NCBI GenBank assembly: GCA_963810095.1
Contig: CAWEMM010000014.1
Span: 1 to 64,000 of the forward strand
Length of the DNA stretch: 64,000 bases
Direction of reading: 5' to 3'
DNA from: an uncultured Chloroflexia bacterium
GTDB lineage: Bacteria > Chloroflexota > Anaerolineae > CG2-30-64-16
Shown here: piece by piece, positions 21,625 to 31,573 of the stretch
Layout of the letters: each line of letters begins with the position of its first letter
How positions within the stretch are numbered: position 1 is the stretch's first letter
Made by a program: the position numbers and the translations under genes
The notes under the pieces: generated by a model
The model's database searches: none
What the model was told of the DNA's origin: nothing
What the model saw: only the letters and a program-made list of their open reading frames with translations

Positions 21625-22293
21625 ATGAACGATTTATCCAGTGTGCGTGAGTCCGCCATGATCATCCTGCAACGAGGCGGGGAGAACGGCCTGACCTGGC
21701 CGCTCGAGCACCGGACGCTCACGATAGGCCGCAGCGACGACTGCGATATTGTCCTCGACGACCGGCAGATCTCGCGGCTGCATGCACGCGTCGTGTGGCG
21801 TGAGGATCATTACGAGATCGAGGACCTGGGCAGCAAGAACGGCACTCACCTGAACGGTCGCGACGTACTCACCCCGCAGGCGCTGCACGATGGCGACGAG
21901 ATCCAGGTCGCGCTGCGCTTCAAGCTGGCGTTTGTCGATGCCGGTGCGACTGCCCCGCTCTCACTCGATACGCCGCAGCTGCCGCGCGGCCTCCGCCTGG
22001 ATGCGGCCGGGCGCCGGGTGTACCTGAACGGCAAGCCGCTCGAGCCGCCGCTTTCTGCCCAACAGTACCGGCTGCTGGAAGTCCTGCTCGCTGCGAGCGG
22101 CGTGGTCGTGCGCGACGACATTGTCCGAGCCGTGTGGCCCGACGCAGTCGACGGCGGCGTCTCTGAGCAGTCGATCGACGCGCTGGTACGCCGCCTGCGT
22201 GAGCGGCTGGCCGAAGCCGATCCGGAGCACCAATACATCGTGACGATGCGCGGGCACGGGTTCCGGTTCGAAAACCGGGCGGCGCCCGATTGA
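21625..22293 (+). CDS. FHA domain + OmpR-type winged-helix transcriptional regulator
   Basis: FHA motifs [22 protein letters not shown]. Trans_reg_C-like VWPD...[12 protein letters not shown]...[11 protein letters not shown]. Confidence 0.9.
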   Translation: MNDLSSVRESAMIILQRGGENGLTWPLEHRTLTIGRSDDCDIVLDDRQISRLHARVVWREDHYEIEDLGSKNGTHLNGRDVLTPQALHDGDEIQVALRFKLAFVDAGATAPLSLDTPQLPRGLRLDAAGRRVYLNGKPLEPPLSAQQYRLLEVLLAASGVVVRDDIVRAVWPDAVDGGVSEQSIDALVRRLRERLAEADPEHQYIVTMRGHGFRFENRAAPD

Positions 22294-23550
22294 TCTCCTC
22301 CCCGCTCTCCCTCTACGTCCACGTCCCGTTTTGCGCGGTGCGCTGCCACTACTGCGACTTCAACACGTACGCCGCGGCTCGACGCGCTGTTTGAGCCGTT
22401 CACCGTCGCGCTGCAGGAGGAAATCAGGCAGGCGGGGATGAGAACGGTGCTTAGCCCAGAAAGCACTGCCGAAACCGAGAAGCGGGAGAGGCCGGGAACC
22501 TCTTCCGCTCTCCAGAGTCGATCTGAGTCCTCTGGGTCGGCCACGGCCGGCAAAGGTCTTGTCGTCCCCACGATCTTTTTCGGGGGCGGCACCCCGACGG
22601 TGCTGCCCCACCGACTGCTGGCACAGGTTCTGCAGACGGTGCGTGACTCCTTCCCGGTCGATGCAGACGCCGAGATCACGAGCGAGGCCAACCCCGGCGC
22701 CACCGACGCCGAGATCTTCGCGGCCCTGCGTGCGATGGGGGTGAACCGGCTGAGCATGGGCGTGCAGAGTTTCGACGATGCGGAACTGGCGTGGCTGGGG
22801 CGCATGCACGGAGCGGCCGAAGCTGTGGCCGCTTACGACGAGGCGCGGCGGGCAGGTTTCGACAACATCAACCTCGACTTTATTTTTGGCTTGCCAGGGC
22901 AGAAACTTGAGACGTGGGCGAGCACGCTCGACCGGGCGCTCGCGCTGGCACCCGACCATATTTCCCTCTACAGCCTGACCGTGGAGCACGGCACGCCGCT
23001 GTATGACGCAGTGCGGCGGGGCGTGCAGGCGCCGCCCGACGACGACACGGCGGCCGATTTCTACCTGCTGGCCGCAGACCGGCTGACGGCCGCGGGGTAC
23101 GAGCAGTATGAAATCTCGAACTGGGCCCGGCCGGGAAGAGCCTGTCGACATAACCTTGTCTACTGGCGGCACGAGCCCTACCTGGGGTTCGGTCCGGGCG
23201 CACACAGCTTCGACGGGCGCCGGCGTTGGTGGAACGTCAAGCCCGTGCCCCAGTACATCCAGCGCCTGGCTGCCGGCCAGTCGCCTGAGCGCGACGGCGA
23301 GTCCATCGACGATCGGCTCGCCATGGGCGAATTCATGATGTTGGGGTTGCGCCTGGTCGAAGAGGGCGTGGCGGACGAGCGGTTCCGGCGCCGCTTTGGC
23401 GTTTCCCTGTTCGAGGTGTTCGCCGGGGAGCTTGACACGCTCGTGCGCCGGCAACTGCTCGAGCGCCGGCCCGACCGGGTGCGGCTCACGGCCAAGGGCC
23501 GGCTCCTGGGCAACCAGGTTTTTGCCGAATTTCTGCCAGCAGGTGAGTGA
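22290..23550 (+). CDS. hemW: Radical SAM heme chaperone HemW (HemN-like), frameshifted, with an internal insertion
   Basis: TTG 22290 [27 protein letters not shown] (CxxxCxxC), then [27 protein letters not shown] and HNLVYW. Confidence 0.9.
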
Positions 23551-23552
23551 AG

Positions 23553-24395
23553 ATGCTTGAGTTCGTGTCGCGTGTGGCGCCACCGGCCGAGGCCGATGGC
23601 CCAAGCTACTGGTTCATGTTTGCAGGCGAGAAGCTGCTGGTGCGCCGGGTGGGCGAGCGGGTCGTGGTCCCGCTCATCGCGGCGCCCGGCGAGCTTGGCC
23701 TGGCGTCCGACCGCGAAGTGTATCTCGGCCATCTGGAGGAAGGCGGCGAGGTAACCCGCTGCTTTGCGGCCGAGATGGCTGCCGAGACGCCGTTGCCCGA
23801 GGGCATCGAGGCCGAAGGATTGCGTGCGCTGTATGCTGCGCTCGACGAGCCATTCATGGGCATTGCCGGCCGGGCCGTCCAGTTGGTCGCCTTCGACCGT
23901 ACCAACCAATATTGCGGCCAGTGCGGGACGCGCATGATAGACCAGGCGCACGAGCGGGCGAAGCGCTGCCCGCAGTGCGGGCTCATCAATTACCCACGCC
24001 TTTCGCCCGCCATCATCATCGCCGTCACCCGGACCATCGACGGGAAGCCGCACATCCTGCTGGCGCGCAACCACCGCTTCCCGACGGGGCGCTACAGCGT
24101 ACTCGCGGGGTACGTCGAGCCGGGCGAGACCCTGGAAGAATGCGCGGCCCGGGAGGTGTGCGAGGAAGTCGGGGTGGACCTGCGGAACATCACGTACTTC
24201 GGCAGCCAGCCGTGGCCCTTCCCGAACTCGCTGATGATCGGCTTCACGGCCGAATACACGGGCGGCGACATCAGGCTGGAGGAGAGCGAACTGGCCGAGG
24301 CGCGCTGGTTCGCCGCGGACGAGCTGCCCGGCATCCCCCCACCCTTCACCATCGCCCGGAAGTTGATCGACTGGTTCCTGCAACAGGCAGGCTAA
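23553..24395 (+). CDS. nudC: NAD(+) diphosphatase / NADH pyrophosphatase
   Basis: Zn ribbon CGQCG...CPQCG, Nudix box GYVEPGETLEECAAREVCEEVG and SQPWPFPNS signature. Confidence 0.95.
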   Translation: MLEFVSRVAPPAEADGPSYWFMFAGEKLLVRRVGERVVVPLIAAPGELGLASDREVYLGHLEEGGEVTRCFAAEMAAETPLPEGIEAEGLRALYAALDEPFMGIAGRAVQLVAFDRTNQYCGQCGTRMIDQAHERAKRCPQCGLINYPRLSPAIIIAVTRTIDGKPHILLARNHRFPTGRYSVLAGYVEPGETLEECAAREVCEEVGVDLRNITYFGSQPWPFPNSLMIGFTAEYTGGDIRLEESELAEARWFAADELPGIPPPFTIARKLIDWFLQQAG

Positions 24396-24468
24396 CCACA
24401 AAGACACGAAGACACAAAGGCCCACGAAGCTCTCTTTGTGCGTCCTGGTGTCTTTGAGCCTTCGTGGT
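24395..24468. repeat. Periodic palindrome, ACCAC-AAG family, copy 2
   Basis: accacaaagacacgaagacacaaaggcccacgaag ... ctttgtgcgtcctggtgtctttgagccttcgtggt. Confidence 0.8.
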
Positions 24469-24477
24469 GAGGCGAGT

Positions 24478-24942
24478 CTACACCGGCAGCTCAATCACTT
24501 CGGCGCGGACCGTCGCGCCTTCGACTTCGAGGATTGCGAGCGTTGCCGGCAGCGTGAAGCGTCGCGGGCCGGCCGCGCCGGGGTTCAGGTAGAGCACACC
24601 GCCCTTGGTCGTGATGTCTGCCCGGTGTGAGTGGCCGCTGATGACGGCGCTGAAGCCGCCGCCCGCGGGGTCCAGGTCGAGCTGGTGCAGGTCGTGGAGC
24701 ATGTAGATCCAGGCGCCGCCAATCTGCGTCGTCTGTGTCTCGGGCAACGCATTCGCCCACGCGCCCCCGTCGACGTTGCCGCGCACTGCCAGCACGGGGG
24801 CTACCCCCGCAAGCCCCGCCAGCACTTCCGGCGCACCCACGTCGCCCGCGTGCAGGATCAGCTCGACCCCAGCCAGCGCAGCCAGGGCTTCGGGCCGCAG
24901 CAGCCCGTGAGTGTCCGAAATCACGCCAACCCGGTGCTTCAT
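24478..24942 (-). CDS. YfcE/MJ0936-family metallophosphoesterase
   Basis: ISDTHG, HAGD, VRGNVD, GHSH and NPGAAG motifs. Confidence 0.92.
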   Translation of the reverse strand: MKHRVGVISDTHGLLRPEALAALAGVELILHAGDVGAPEVLAGLAGVAPVLAVRGNVDGGAWANALPETQTTQIGGAWIYMLHDLHQLDLDPAGGGFSAVISGHSHRADITTKGGVLYLNPGAAGPRRFTLPATLAILEVEGATVRAEVIELPV

Positions 24943-25031
24943 CTCGCCATCCTCAAATCAAGTATAGCGCCAAATCAAGTATAGCGTTGCCCGCTTTTGG
25001 CACTCGCCCTTCTTTTTGATACCATGCGCCT

Positions 25032-26309
25032 ATGTCCCAAGTACCCGTCGCGGCTCGGGCCTCCAACGGTCACGACGCGCCGCTCTGGCAGGTGTTCTTC
25101 CGGCCTGGCTCACGCGGACAAATCAATCAGCGTAACGTCCTGATCGACGGAATCGGCGTCGGCATCACGGCCGGCGTCGGCAGCTTCCTGTCGGTTTTCC
25201 TCGTGCGCCTCGGTGCGACGCCCTTCCAGGTTGGGCTGCTGACCGCGATGCCGGCCCTGACCGGGATCCTGCTCTCGATCCCCGTTGGCGAGTTCCTGTC
25301 GCGGCAGCCCAACATCGTTCCGTGGTTCGCCCGCTCGCGCTTCCTGGTCCTCTCCTGCTACGTCCTGACCGGCCTGGTGCCGTTCCTCGTCCAGGGTTAC
25401 CAGACCGAGGCGATCATCCTCATCTGGGCCCTCGCAACCCTGCCGCAGACATTTGTCAGCGTCGCTTTCACCGTGGTGATGGGCGGTGTGGCCGGCCCCG
25501 GCGGCCGCCTGACGCTAATGAGCCGGCGGTGGACGATCCTGGGCCTGACCAACTCGTTGACCGTGCTGATCGTCGGCCAGCTTCTGACCCGTTTCGCCTT
25601 TCCGCTCAACTACCAGGTGGTCTTCATCGGTTCGGCGGTGGGTGCGCTCATCAGCGTGGTCTTTTCGTCCAGCCTGAAGCTGCCGACTCAACATGTGCCC
25701 CAGCAGCAGGTAGGGCTCATCGACGGGCTGCGCCAACACGGCGGGACGATCCGCCATCACAAGCCGTTCCGCAACTTCCTCGTCGCCGGTTTTGTGTTCC
25801 GTTGGGGCATGACCTTGGCGATTCCGCTGTTGCCGCTGTACTGGGTGCGCTCGGTGGGTGCGACGGATGCACAGATCAGCGCGATCAACTCGGCCAACAC
25901 CTTCGTGATGATGCTGTCGTACTTCTTCTGGACCAAAGTGGCGGCGCGGCGGGGTGAGCGGCTCGTGCTCTTGATCTCGGCGTTCGGCGTCAGCTTCTAT
26001 CCTATGATGACTGCCTTCACCCACACGCCCCAGCTCCTGCCCATTTGGGCCGCGATTGCCGGCTTCTTCGTCGGCGGCACCGACCTCGTCTTCTTCGACG
26101 TTCTGCTCGCCACCTGTCCCCGAGAACATCAGGCCACCTACGTGGGCATCTACCAGACGACCGTGCAGGCCGCCGTCTTCCTGGCGCCGCTCGTCGGGAC
26201 CGCGCTTTCGGGCATGGTTGGCCTCTCGGCCGCGCTGGTTGTGGCGACGGTGCTACGCTTCGCCGGAGCCGGTCTGCTCACCTACCTGAAAGTGGGCAAG
26301 GGTATGTAG
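25032..26309 (+). CDS. MFS transporter
   Basis: About 12 hydrophobic helices in two halves; LGATPFQVGLL and AARRGER loop motifs. Confidence 0.88.
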   Translation: MSQVPVAARASNGHDAPLWQVFFRPGSRGQINQRNVLIDGIGVGITAGVGSFLSVFLVRLGATPFQVGLLTAMPALTGILLSIPVGEFLSRQPNIVPWFARSRFLVLSCYVLTGLVPFLVQGYQTEAIILIWALATLPQTFVSVAFTVVMGGVAGPGGRLTLMSRRWTILGLTNSLTVLIVGQLLTRFAFPLNYQVVFIGSAVGALISVVFSSSLKLPTQHVPQQQVGLIDGLRQHGGTIRHHKPFRNFLVAGFVFRWGMTLAIPLLPLYWVRSVGATDAQISAINSANTFVMMLSYFFWTKVAARRGERLVLLISAFGVSFYPMMTAFTHTPQLLPIWAAIAGFFVGGTDLVFFDVLLATCPREHQATYVGIYQTTVQAAVFLAPLVGTALSGMVGLSAALVVATVLRFAGAGLLTYLKVGKGM

Positions 26310-26416
26310 GGTCGAGCGCCGGTCCCCTTGCTTGCAACAGAGGTCGCAGAGGACTCTGATACGGTCGCCAAGACCTCAGCAGCCACTGGGCAATGGCGCT
26401 GCCTTCAAAAACAAGA

Positions 26417-27016
26417 TCACATCTGGGGTGATGAGCGCTCGAGCAAGAACACGCCCGTGGTCGACATCAGGTTCGTCACCTTGATGACGTCGATCCGCCG
26501 GCCGTTTGCCAGGTAGGCCTTGCCCGCGATCGTGATCCCGTTGCCCTGGCAAAACCGGCCGAAATCGGTGATCGTAAGCGCCTGCCAGCGCGGTTTGTCG
26601 TACCAGGCTTGCGGCAGGTCGGGTGCGTTCGGCATGCGGCCGGTCAGCAGCAGTTCGAGCCGGCAGCGCCAGTAGCCCCAGTTCGGGAGACTCACCACCG
26701 CCCGGCGGCCCACCCGCAGCATCTCGGATAGGATCATGCCCGGATCGTCGAGGTAAGGTAGAGTCTGGCTTAGGATCACGTAATCAAAGCTCGCCGCCGG
26801 GTAATCGCCAAGCCCTTCCTCCAGGTTGCCCTGGCGCACACTCAGTCCCCGGCGCACGCAAGCGAGCACGCCCGCCTCGCTCAGCTCGATCCCGCGACCC
26901 TTCACGCCCTTGTCGGCGATCAGGTGTTCCAGCAGGGCCCCATCGCCGCAGCCCAAGTCAAGCACCCGTGCGGCCGCCGGGATAAACTCCGCAATCGCCT
27001 GTAGATCGGGCCTCAA
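26417..27016 (-). CDS. metW: Methionine biosynthesis protein MetW
   Basis: MRPDL...VLDLGCGDG...FDYVILSQTL...PNWGYWRCR...GRMP; directly downstream of metX. Confidence 0.92.
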   Translation of the reverse strand: MRPDLQAIAEFIPAAARVLDLGCGDGALLEHLIADKGVKGRGIELSEAGVLACVRRGLSVRQGNLEEGLGDYPAASFDYVILSQTLPYLDDPGMILSEMLRVGRRAVVSLPNWGYWRCRLELLLTGRMPNAPDLPQAWYDKPRWQALTITDFGRFCQGNGITIAGKAYLANGRRIDVIKVTNLMSTTGVFLLERSSPQM

Positions 27017-27041
27017 TGTGTGCTCCTGTCAGCGTGCGTTC

Positions 27042-27113
27042 ACCACAAAGACTCAAAGCCACAAAGCTCACGAGGGAAGGCTTGTGCAACTTCGCGACTT
27101 CGCGACTCTGTGG

Positions 27114-27114
<1 letters not shown>
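27042..27114. repeat. Periodic palindrome, ACCAC-AAG family, copy 3
   Basis: accacaaagactcaaagccacaaag ... cttcgcgacttcgcgactctgtggt; abuts the metX stop. Confidence 0.8.
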
Positions 27115-28229
<1,115 letters not shown>

Positions 28230-28257
28230 GTTGTCTCTCGCAGCTGCAATCCTATGC

Positions 28258-28328
28258 ACCACCAAGACACGAAGTCACAAAGGTTCACGATAATCCTGTG
28301 CAACTTCGTGTCCCTGTGTCTTTGTGGT
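28258..28328. repeat. Periodic palindrome, ACCAC-AAG family, copy 4
   Basis: accaccaagacacgaagtcacaaagg ... cttcgtgtccctgtgtctttgtggt, in the metX leader. Confidence 0.8.
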
Positions 28329-28384
28329 TAACAAAAAACGACGCCTTCATGCGGAGGAGAGGGCGTCGCGGCGCTGGTGCCAAT

Positions 28385-28428
28385 AAAAAACCCCGGGAAA
28401 AGCGGCCTCAGATGAGGCGGGCCCGGGG
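28385..28428 (-). terminator. Intrinsic terminator, expression platform of the SAM riboswitch
   Basis: Minus strand CCCCGGG...CCCGGGG followed by TTTTTT. Confidence 0.75.
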
Positions 28429-28453
28429 AGGTGGCGGCAGCATTGCACCTTTC

Positions 28454-28570
28454 CTCTCATCTTCCAGATCTAAGACTTGCTACTGACAAGTCCTCTGCCG
28501 GAATTGGCACCTTGTTTACAGGTTGCCGAGGCTTCACCGGGCCGGTCCCTCTGCCTCTCTGGATGAAAGT
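28454..28570 (-). ncRNA. SAM-I (S-box) riboswitch
   Basis: Reverse complement TTCATCCAGAGAGGCAGAGGGACCGGCCCGGTGAAGCCTCGGCAACC...GGTGCCAATTCCGGCAG...CTGGAAGATGAGAG matches the SAM-I consensus; upstream of metXW. Confidence 0.95.
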
Positions 28571-28595
28571 GCGGGCTTATTCGGTTGTAGCGGGG

Positions 28596-28624
28596 ACTAT
28601 AACCGGGAGAACGGGAAAAGTCAA
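28596..28624 (-). promoter_or_regulatory. sigma70-type promoter for the SAM riboswitch-metXW transcript
   Basis: Minus strand TTGACT-N17-TATAGT. Confidence 0.75.
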
Positions 28625-28656
28625 GCGTGAGCGAACTTGCAAGGGTGGGCTTTGGA

Positions 28657-28845
28657 GCGCGAAGACGTTGGAACGCGAAGGCGTTGGAACGCGAAGACGC
28701 GAAGCAGCATGAAGCCGCGAAGACGCGAAGGCGGGTTCCAAGACTCGTCACGAAGACGGCTGAGACAAGGCTGAGAAAGGCGAAAGGCGGTATAATCGGG
28801 CGCGTGTACACGGACCCCGAAGGGTTCGCAAGCCTTCGAGGTCCG
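28657..28845. repeat. Tandem CGCGAAG(A/G) repeats followed by a GACCCCGAAGG...CCTTCGAGGTC REP-like hairpin
   Basis: gcgaagacgttggaac/gcgaaggcgttggaac/gcgaagacgcgaag...; hairpin at 28811-28845. Confidence 0.65.
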
Positions 28846-28867
28846 AAACTGCTAGGGGAATGAGCAC

Positions 28868-30703
28868 ATGGCGTTGATGAGCATGCGGGATGTCAGCATC
28901 GGCTTCGGCGGGCATCCGGTTCTGGAGCACATCGACCTGCAGATCGAGCGCGGCGAGCGTCTGGGCCTGCTGGGACGGAACGGCGCGGGCAAATCCACGC
29001 TGCTGAAGCTGATCGTGGGCGACCTCGAGCCCGAGGTCGGGGTCGTCGTACGCGAGCGCGGCGTGCGCGTCGCATACCTGCAGCAGGAGGTGCCCGAAGG
29101 GCTGGCCGGCTCGGTCTACGACGTGATCGCCGGAGGTCTGGGAGACGTGCAGCAGGTGGCCGAGGGCGCCGAAGATGGGTCATGGCGCGACCGGCTGCTC
29201 ATGGACACGATTCTGGCCCGCACGCAGCTCGATCCGGCCGCCCAGTTCGCCGAGCTCTCGGCCGGGCTCAAGCGCCGGGTGATGCTGGCGCGCGGCCTCG
29301 TACGCGATCCGGACATCGTGCTGCTCGACGAGCCGACGAACCACCTGGACCTGGACGCGATTGCGTGGATGGAAGGCTTCCTCTCGCGCTACAATGGAAC
29401 GCTCGTGTTCGTCACCCACGACCGCATTTTCCTGCGCCGGCTGGCAACGCGGATCATCGAAGTCGAGCGGGGCCGGCTCATCGACTGGGCCTGCGACTAC
29501 GACACCTTTGCCGCCCGGAAACAAGCCGTGTTGGCAGCCGAAAGCACGCAACAGGTCGAGTTCGACAAGAAGCTGGCGCAGGAGGAGGCGTGGATCCGGC
29601 AAGGCATCGAGGCCCGGCGCACCCGGAATGAAGGCCGGGTGCGTGCGCTCGAGCGCATGCGAGCGCACCGCCGCGAACGCCGCGAGGGGCCGGGTGCGCT
29701 GCGGATGCAGCTGCAGGAGGCGGAGCGTTCGGGCAAGCTTGTGATCGAGGCGAAGGGCGTCGGCTTCGACTATGCTGCCGGGTCCACCGGAGGTGGACAC
29801 CCGGTGGTCGCGGGCTTTTCGTCCACGATTGTGCGAGGCGACAAGCTCGGCATCGTGGGCCCTAACGGCTCGGGCAAGACGACCTTGCTGCGCCTGCTCC
29901 TGGGCCAGCTGCCGCCCGCGGCCGGCAGCGTCCGGCTGGGTGCAGGCGTCGAAATCGCCTATTTCGACCAGCTGCGGGCCCAGCTTGACGAGGACGCCAC
30001 CGTCTTCGACAACATCGCGGACGGGCGCGATTTCATCACCCTCAACGGGCAGCGTCGCCACGTGATGGGCTACCTGCAGGAATTCCTCTTTCCGGCCGAA
30101 CGCGCGCGCGCCTATGTCGGCACGCTGTCAGGGGGCGAGCGGAATAGGCTGCTGCTGGCGCGTCTCTTTGCCAAGCCGGCCAACCTCCTGGCGCTGGACG
30201 AGCCGACCAACGACCTGGACCTCGAAACCCTGGAGCTCCTGGAAGACCTTTTGTTGGCCTTTGAGGGCACGCTGCTGCTGGTCACTCACGACCGCGAGCT
30301 GCTGAACAACGTGGTGGACGGAACGCTGGCCATGGAGCCCGGGGGCAGGGTGGGGGAGTACGCGGGCGGATATGATGACTGGGTGCGCCAGCGGCCCGCG
30401 CCCGACGAGCGCCCGGTCCAGGAGAAGGCGGCGCCTGCGGCCCGCCCGCGCGAGGCGGCGCCCGTTCGCCAGGTCAAGCTGACGTACAAGGAGCGGCAGG
30501 AACTGGACGGCCTGCCGGCCCAAATCGAGGCGCTGGAAGCGGAGCAAGCGACGCTGTACGCGGAAATGGCCGATGCGTCGACCTACCAGGCCGGCGGGGA
30601 GGAAGTCACGCGCCGGACCGCGCGCCTTGCCGAAGTCGAGGGGCGCCTGGCCGAGTTGTACGCCCGTTGGGAAGCGCTGGAGGCGAAGGCGCCGGGCGAG
30701 TAA
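28868..30703 (+). CDS. uup: ABC-F family ATPase Uup
   Basis: Two ABC domains (GRNGAGKST, LDEPTNHLD; GPNGSGKTT, LDEPTNDLD), linker EEAWIRQGIEARRTRNEGRVRAL and C-terminal KLTYKERQEL...RWEALE. Confidence 0.92.
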   Translation: MALMSMRDVSIGFGGHPVLEHIDLQIERGERLGLLGRNGAGKSTLLKLIVGDLEPEVGVVVRERGVRVAYLQQEVPEGLAGSVYDVIAGGLGDVQQVAEGAEDGSWRDRLLMDTILARTQLDPAAQFAELSAGLKRRVMLARGLVRDPDIVLLDEPTNHLDLDAIAWMEGFLSRYNGTLVFVTHDRIFLRRLATRIIEVERGRLIDWACDYDTFAARKQAVLAAESTQQVEFDKKLAQEEAWIRQGIEARRTRNEGRVRALERMRAHRRERREGPGALRMQLQEAERSGKLVIEAKGVGFDYAAGSTGGGHPVVAGFSSTIVRGDKLGIVGPNGSGKTTLLRLLLGQLPPAAGSVRLGAGVEIAYFDQLRAQLDEDATVFDNIADGRDFITLNGQRRHVMGYLQEFLFPAERARAYVGTLSGGERNRLLLARLFAKPANLLALDEPTNDLDLETLELLEDLLLAFEGTLLLVTHDRELLNNVVDGTLAMEPGGRVGEYAGGYDDWVRQRPAPDERPVQEKAAPAARPREAAPVRQVKLTYKERQELDGLPAQIEALEAEQATLYAEMADASTYQAGGEEVTRRTARLAEVEGRLAELYARWEALEAKAPGE

Positions 30704-30805
30704 ACGGGCGCCCGATTGCGTCTCCGACATTATGACGCCGCGTGCGACCTCTGGTACAATGCGTTGGCGTTCCCCCGCGCATCCTTCATCACCGGAGTTC
30801 GCTCA

Positions 30806-31566
30806 ATGCGCCTATGCTGCATCGCCTGCGAGGTCCTGGCGCGGCCGCTGTATCTTTCGGCCGCCCGCTCACCCCACATTGTCGACATTCAGCTCTTCCG
30901 CCGCGGCCTGCATAACAACCCGGCCGACCTGCGCTCGCGCCTGCAAGCCGCGGTCGATGAGGCTTCGGCGCGCTCGCTTTCCCGATGGCCGCCGGGAGTA
31001 TGATGCGGTCGTCATGGGCTACGGCTTGTGCGGTCAGGCCACAGCGGGACTGACGGCGCGGGATATCCCCGTCGTCGTGCCGCGCGCACACGACTGCATC
31101 ACGCTCTTCCTCGGCAGCCGCCGCGAGTACCAGCATCAGTTCGAGGATTTCTCGGGCACCTACTGGTATGCGCAGGATTACGTGGAGCGGGACGATGGGA
31201 GCGGCGGCGCACTTGCGCTCGGCGCAGGTTCGGATACGGACCTCGACAAGGTCTATGACCAGTACGTCGCAAAGTACGGCAAGGACAACGCCGATTATCT
31301 GATGGAAGTGATGGGTGCGTGGCAGCAGCATTACAAGCGCGGCAGGTGTCATCGACATGGGCATCGGCGACATTTCTGAGACTCTCGCCAAGGCAGAGGC
31401 CGATGCCGGCCGCCGCGGGTGGGTGGTCGACCGGGTGGCGGGCGACGCCGTGCTGATGCGGCGGTTGCTCGAAGGTGATTGGGCTGAGGATTTCCTGGTC
31501 ATGCAGCCGGGCGAGCAACTGCGCATGACCTACGATCACGACGTCATTGACTGCAGCCGGCACTAG
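30806..31566 (+). CDS. DUF1638 domain protein, frameshifted
   Basis: MRLCCIACEVL...GLHNNP...YDAVVMGYGLCG...PRAHDCITLFLGS...KYGKDNADYLM...LLEGDW. Confidence 0.82.
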
Positions 31567-31573
31567 GCGGGCA

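Noticed and set aside
28657-28790. Possible CRISPR array (repeated gcgaag-cgttggaac units)
   Set aside because: Units are 8-16 bp and degenerate, with no unique spacers of constant length and no cas genes in the window.
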